Origin: Macrostomum lignano
Lineage: Eukaryota
Assembly: GCA_002269645.1 (NCBI GenBank)
Contig: NIVC01004340.1
Coordinates: forward strand, 1-49,558
Direction: 5' to 3'
DNA: 49,558 nt
Position 1 is the stretch's first letter. The number at the start of each line of letters is the position of its first letter. Below, piece by piece: positions 46,916 through 49,558 of this stretch. Position numbers and translations under genes: made by a program. The notes under the pieces are model-generated. The model saw nothing but the letters and a program-made list of their open reading frames with translations. It had not been told where the DNA came from and ran no database searches.

Positions 46916-48648
46916 ATGTCAGACACAGAAGAGAGCATATGCGTCGATCAAGTCAATGCTGCTGCAGAGGCCCCCACGCTAGCAGAATTTAATAAAAACA
47001 GTAGCAGCGGCCCAATGCCAATGGACCTGAAAGTGCTGCCTGATGACAGCAAGCTGCGCCTGCGCACCGAGTCCGAGCCGGGACAAGGCGATGATAATGA
47101 CGGAGAGGGCGAAATCCATAACAAAAAGCACGATGACAGAGCCGACGAAGGGGCCGACGGTGACATTGATGACGAAGACGACGGGCCGAGTCATTATCGG
47201 AGGCTGGACGGCGCTGTAGACAACAACGCGGCTCTAGCCGACGAGGACAAATCGACGTCCAGCCCTTGCTCGGTGCCGGATTCCGCCGTCGGCTGCCGCG
47301 ACCGCGACCTGCACTCGCTGGAGATCGAGCGGGCCTGCATGGAGTCGCAGGGCGAGGTCAACGTCAAATGGGACATCACGCGAAAGAACAAAACCAGCAT
47401 AGTGATCAACGGCTATAAGATGACGGAGAGTCGGGCTGGCAAGGACGGCCGGATATTCTGGCGCTGCAGCAAGCGCTTCTGCTCGGCCACGGCCATCAGC
47501 CTCGGCCAGCGGCTGCTGTCCGTACGCCAGGTGGACGAAGCCCGATTTCATAATCATCCGCCGACTGGCCGAGAGGAATTCTTTCGAGGCGACTTCAGCA
47601 CGCCGGGAACATCGACCAGCGTCACCGTCAAGTGGCCGGTGCTGCGCGCCTCTTCAGCTAGAGGATCGGCGACGGCGCAGATTCCAAAGTCGGCGTCGAA
47701 GGCAGCGGCGGCGTCAGGTGGTCCGGACGAGCTGCAGTACGCTGACGGAATGGTTCAGGCATCGCAGGCCGACGAAGCCCTTCCTGCAGCGGCGGCGGCA
47801 GCCGCTTCGATGGCAGCAGCCACGGCGGCGATGCTGCCCTCCTCGCAGGCGCAGACGGTCTCTTCGCTGCTGGCAGCTGCGGGTGCATCGCAGCTGCACC
47901 TGGGACAGCAGCAGCAGCAGCACTATCAGCAGCAGCAACTCCAGCAGCACCTGTATAACAGCGCCAAGCGAATGCGCCACGGCTCAATTGAAAGCGCGGC
48001 AGCAGCACCGGCACCTCCGAGGCCGCCCTGTCCGACCCACTGTGCGCCAGCCAGCAGCGCCAGCAGCTCGGCCAGCTGAGGGCGGCATCCGGCGGCCTGG
48101 TGCCATCAAGCGCCGCCGCCGCCGCCGATGTGCACAAATCATTTTTATCGCTGGCCTCGAGCTTGGGCCTACCCTATTCTGGCCTGTTTCCCAATTCGCT
48201 TCCAACGGAGCCCATTGCTCCACACCAGCAGCACCAGCAGCAACTGCATCGGCTGCAGCACCAGCACCAGCACCAGCAGCACCAGCAGCAACTGCATCGG
48301 CTGCAGCACCAGCACCAGCACCAGCAGCAGCAGCAGCACAGTTACCAACCAAATGGCAGCAATATGCAGACTATCAAGTCGTATCACTCGATATTTAATC
48401 CGCCACAGCCAATGCCGATGCTGCACCAGTCGCCGAGGCATCATCAGCAGCCGCTGCCACCGCCGCAGCCGCCGGCTGAAGCCACAGCCTCGCCGCTGAA
48501 GGAGGCCCTATCCCAGGTGGATAACTTCCAGCTGCAGCGCCAGCTCAGACGACTGGACGGCTATTTCCGGTCGGGCATTGTTGCCCTGACGGACACGCTC
48601 ACGGGGCACCAGGCGCCGCAGCTGCCGCCAATGACGCCGATTTTGTAG
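46916..48648 (+). CDS. FLYWCH-type zinc-finger protein with Ala/Gln/His low-complexity regions; reading frame breaks near 47996
   Basis: KNKTSIVINGYKM...GRIFWRCSKRFCSATA...FHNHPP fits the FLYWCH pattern (G.Y...W.C....C...HNH). The first frame runs 46916-48079; a second frame is open from 47992 to the stop at 48648 and reads as a natural continuation. Confidence 0.8.
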
Positions 48649-49558
48649 CCTGGGAGCGGGACAGCATGACCCGCCTGTTCGCCTACATGGATGGCCTTGA
48701 ACGGGTACAGAAGCTGGCCAGTGACCTGCCGTAGTCTGAGCTGAATCCGGAACTTTAGCTTAATACTCGTTTATTTGCGCCAAAACCGTCTCCGCACTAC
48801 TCGGTGAGTTTTACTTGGAGTTTCTGCTGCCGCTATATGATGTTGCTCTGGTTATTTGTTTCACTAAGCTCCCCTGCTAAACACTACCGCATTGCTGAAT
48901 AGGGAATTTGTTTTTTGTTGTTGCCTGCCCCTCTTTTTCTTTGCAAAATTTTGTCTCAAATCTTGCAGCATTCACATTCTAATTTGTGCTCACTACACTA
49001 CTACTACTACTACTAGCAGTAGCATGGATTGCGAACTGCATTCTCGTTAAACAATTTAGTTTTTTACACAAATTTTTATTGAAACGGAATTTTAGCTAAA
49101 ATCTATCACGAAGAACGCAATTGACAATTAAGTTTTACTGGCAAAGTCGTCCTTATGGTGCAGCTATAAATGTAACTCTCTTCTATCCTTCTGATGCTCA
49201 TTGTCCTCAGTTTTTTGCCATTTCGCCTTGCTCCATCGCTTCCCATTTAGCAATGTTTTCAGCGTTTCCGGTGCTTATTTCTTGTCGAATAACTTATTGT
49301 ACCCCCCCCCCGAGTGACCCCAGACTGTGCTCAAAGTCGTTTACTATTTTGTATGTTATGTAGCTCAATGATTATTACCAAGGAAGGCCTTTGAGGTGCT
49401 ACAGGTAGCTAACCTAACAATTACATTTATATTTTTCCCATTTAAAAGTAGCTTAAAATTTAGCAACGAACTGTTCAGCTTTCTGTTCAAGCTCGCACTG
49501 AATCAGTCTTCTGCATAACCCGCCTTTATTTATTGCCATATTGCTGCTCGCCCTTTGA

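Overview
Eukaryotic (animal) genomic DNA with GT-AG introns, GC-rich coding exons and very abundant mini- and microsatellites. The style resembles a free-living flatworm such as Macrostomum, which is an inference and not a search result. Five host genes can be reconstructed by hand: calnexin (+, 3 coding exons), an orphan single-pass membrane ORF (+), a myosin regulatory light chain (+, 5 exons, TATA/Inr/CArG promoter), a PGRMC/MAPR cytochrome-b5-like protein (-, 3 exons over about 15 kb) and a FLYWCH zinc-finger gene (+, one frame break). The most interesting object is a ~10.2 kb insertion (16877-27073) that makes up about 97% of PGRMC intron 2. It is bounded by 24-bp terminal inverted repeats that share a TAGT direct core, and it sits between two (CTGT)n tracts. 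It carries a decayed, intron-containing gene antisense to the host, encoding a chromodomain, four identical tandem phase-0 exons separated by 83-bp minisatellite arrays, and a C2H2-like/HN..VL..YLPC region. From recall, that last region belongs to proteins that usually also carry a tyrosine-recombinase core. No recombinase or transposase ORF is visible in this copy. The window also contains a Penelope-like GIY-YIG relic, sharply bounded CpG-depleted domains, and about a dozen satellites that account for most long ORFs in the supplied track. No tRNA, rRNA or CRISPR array was found.
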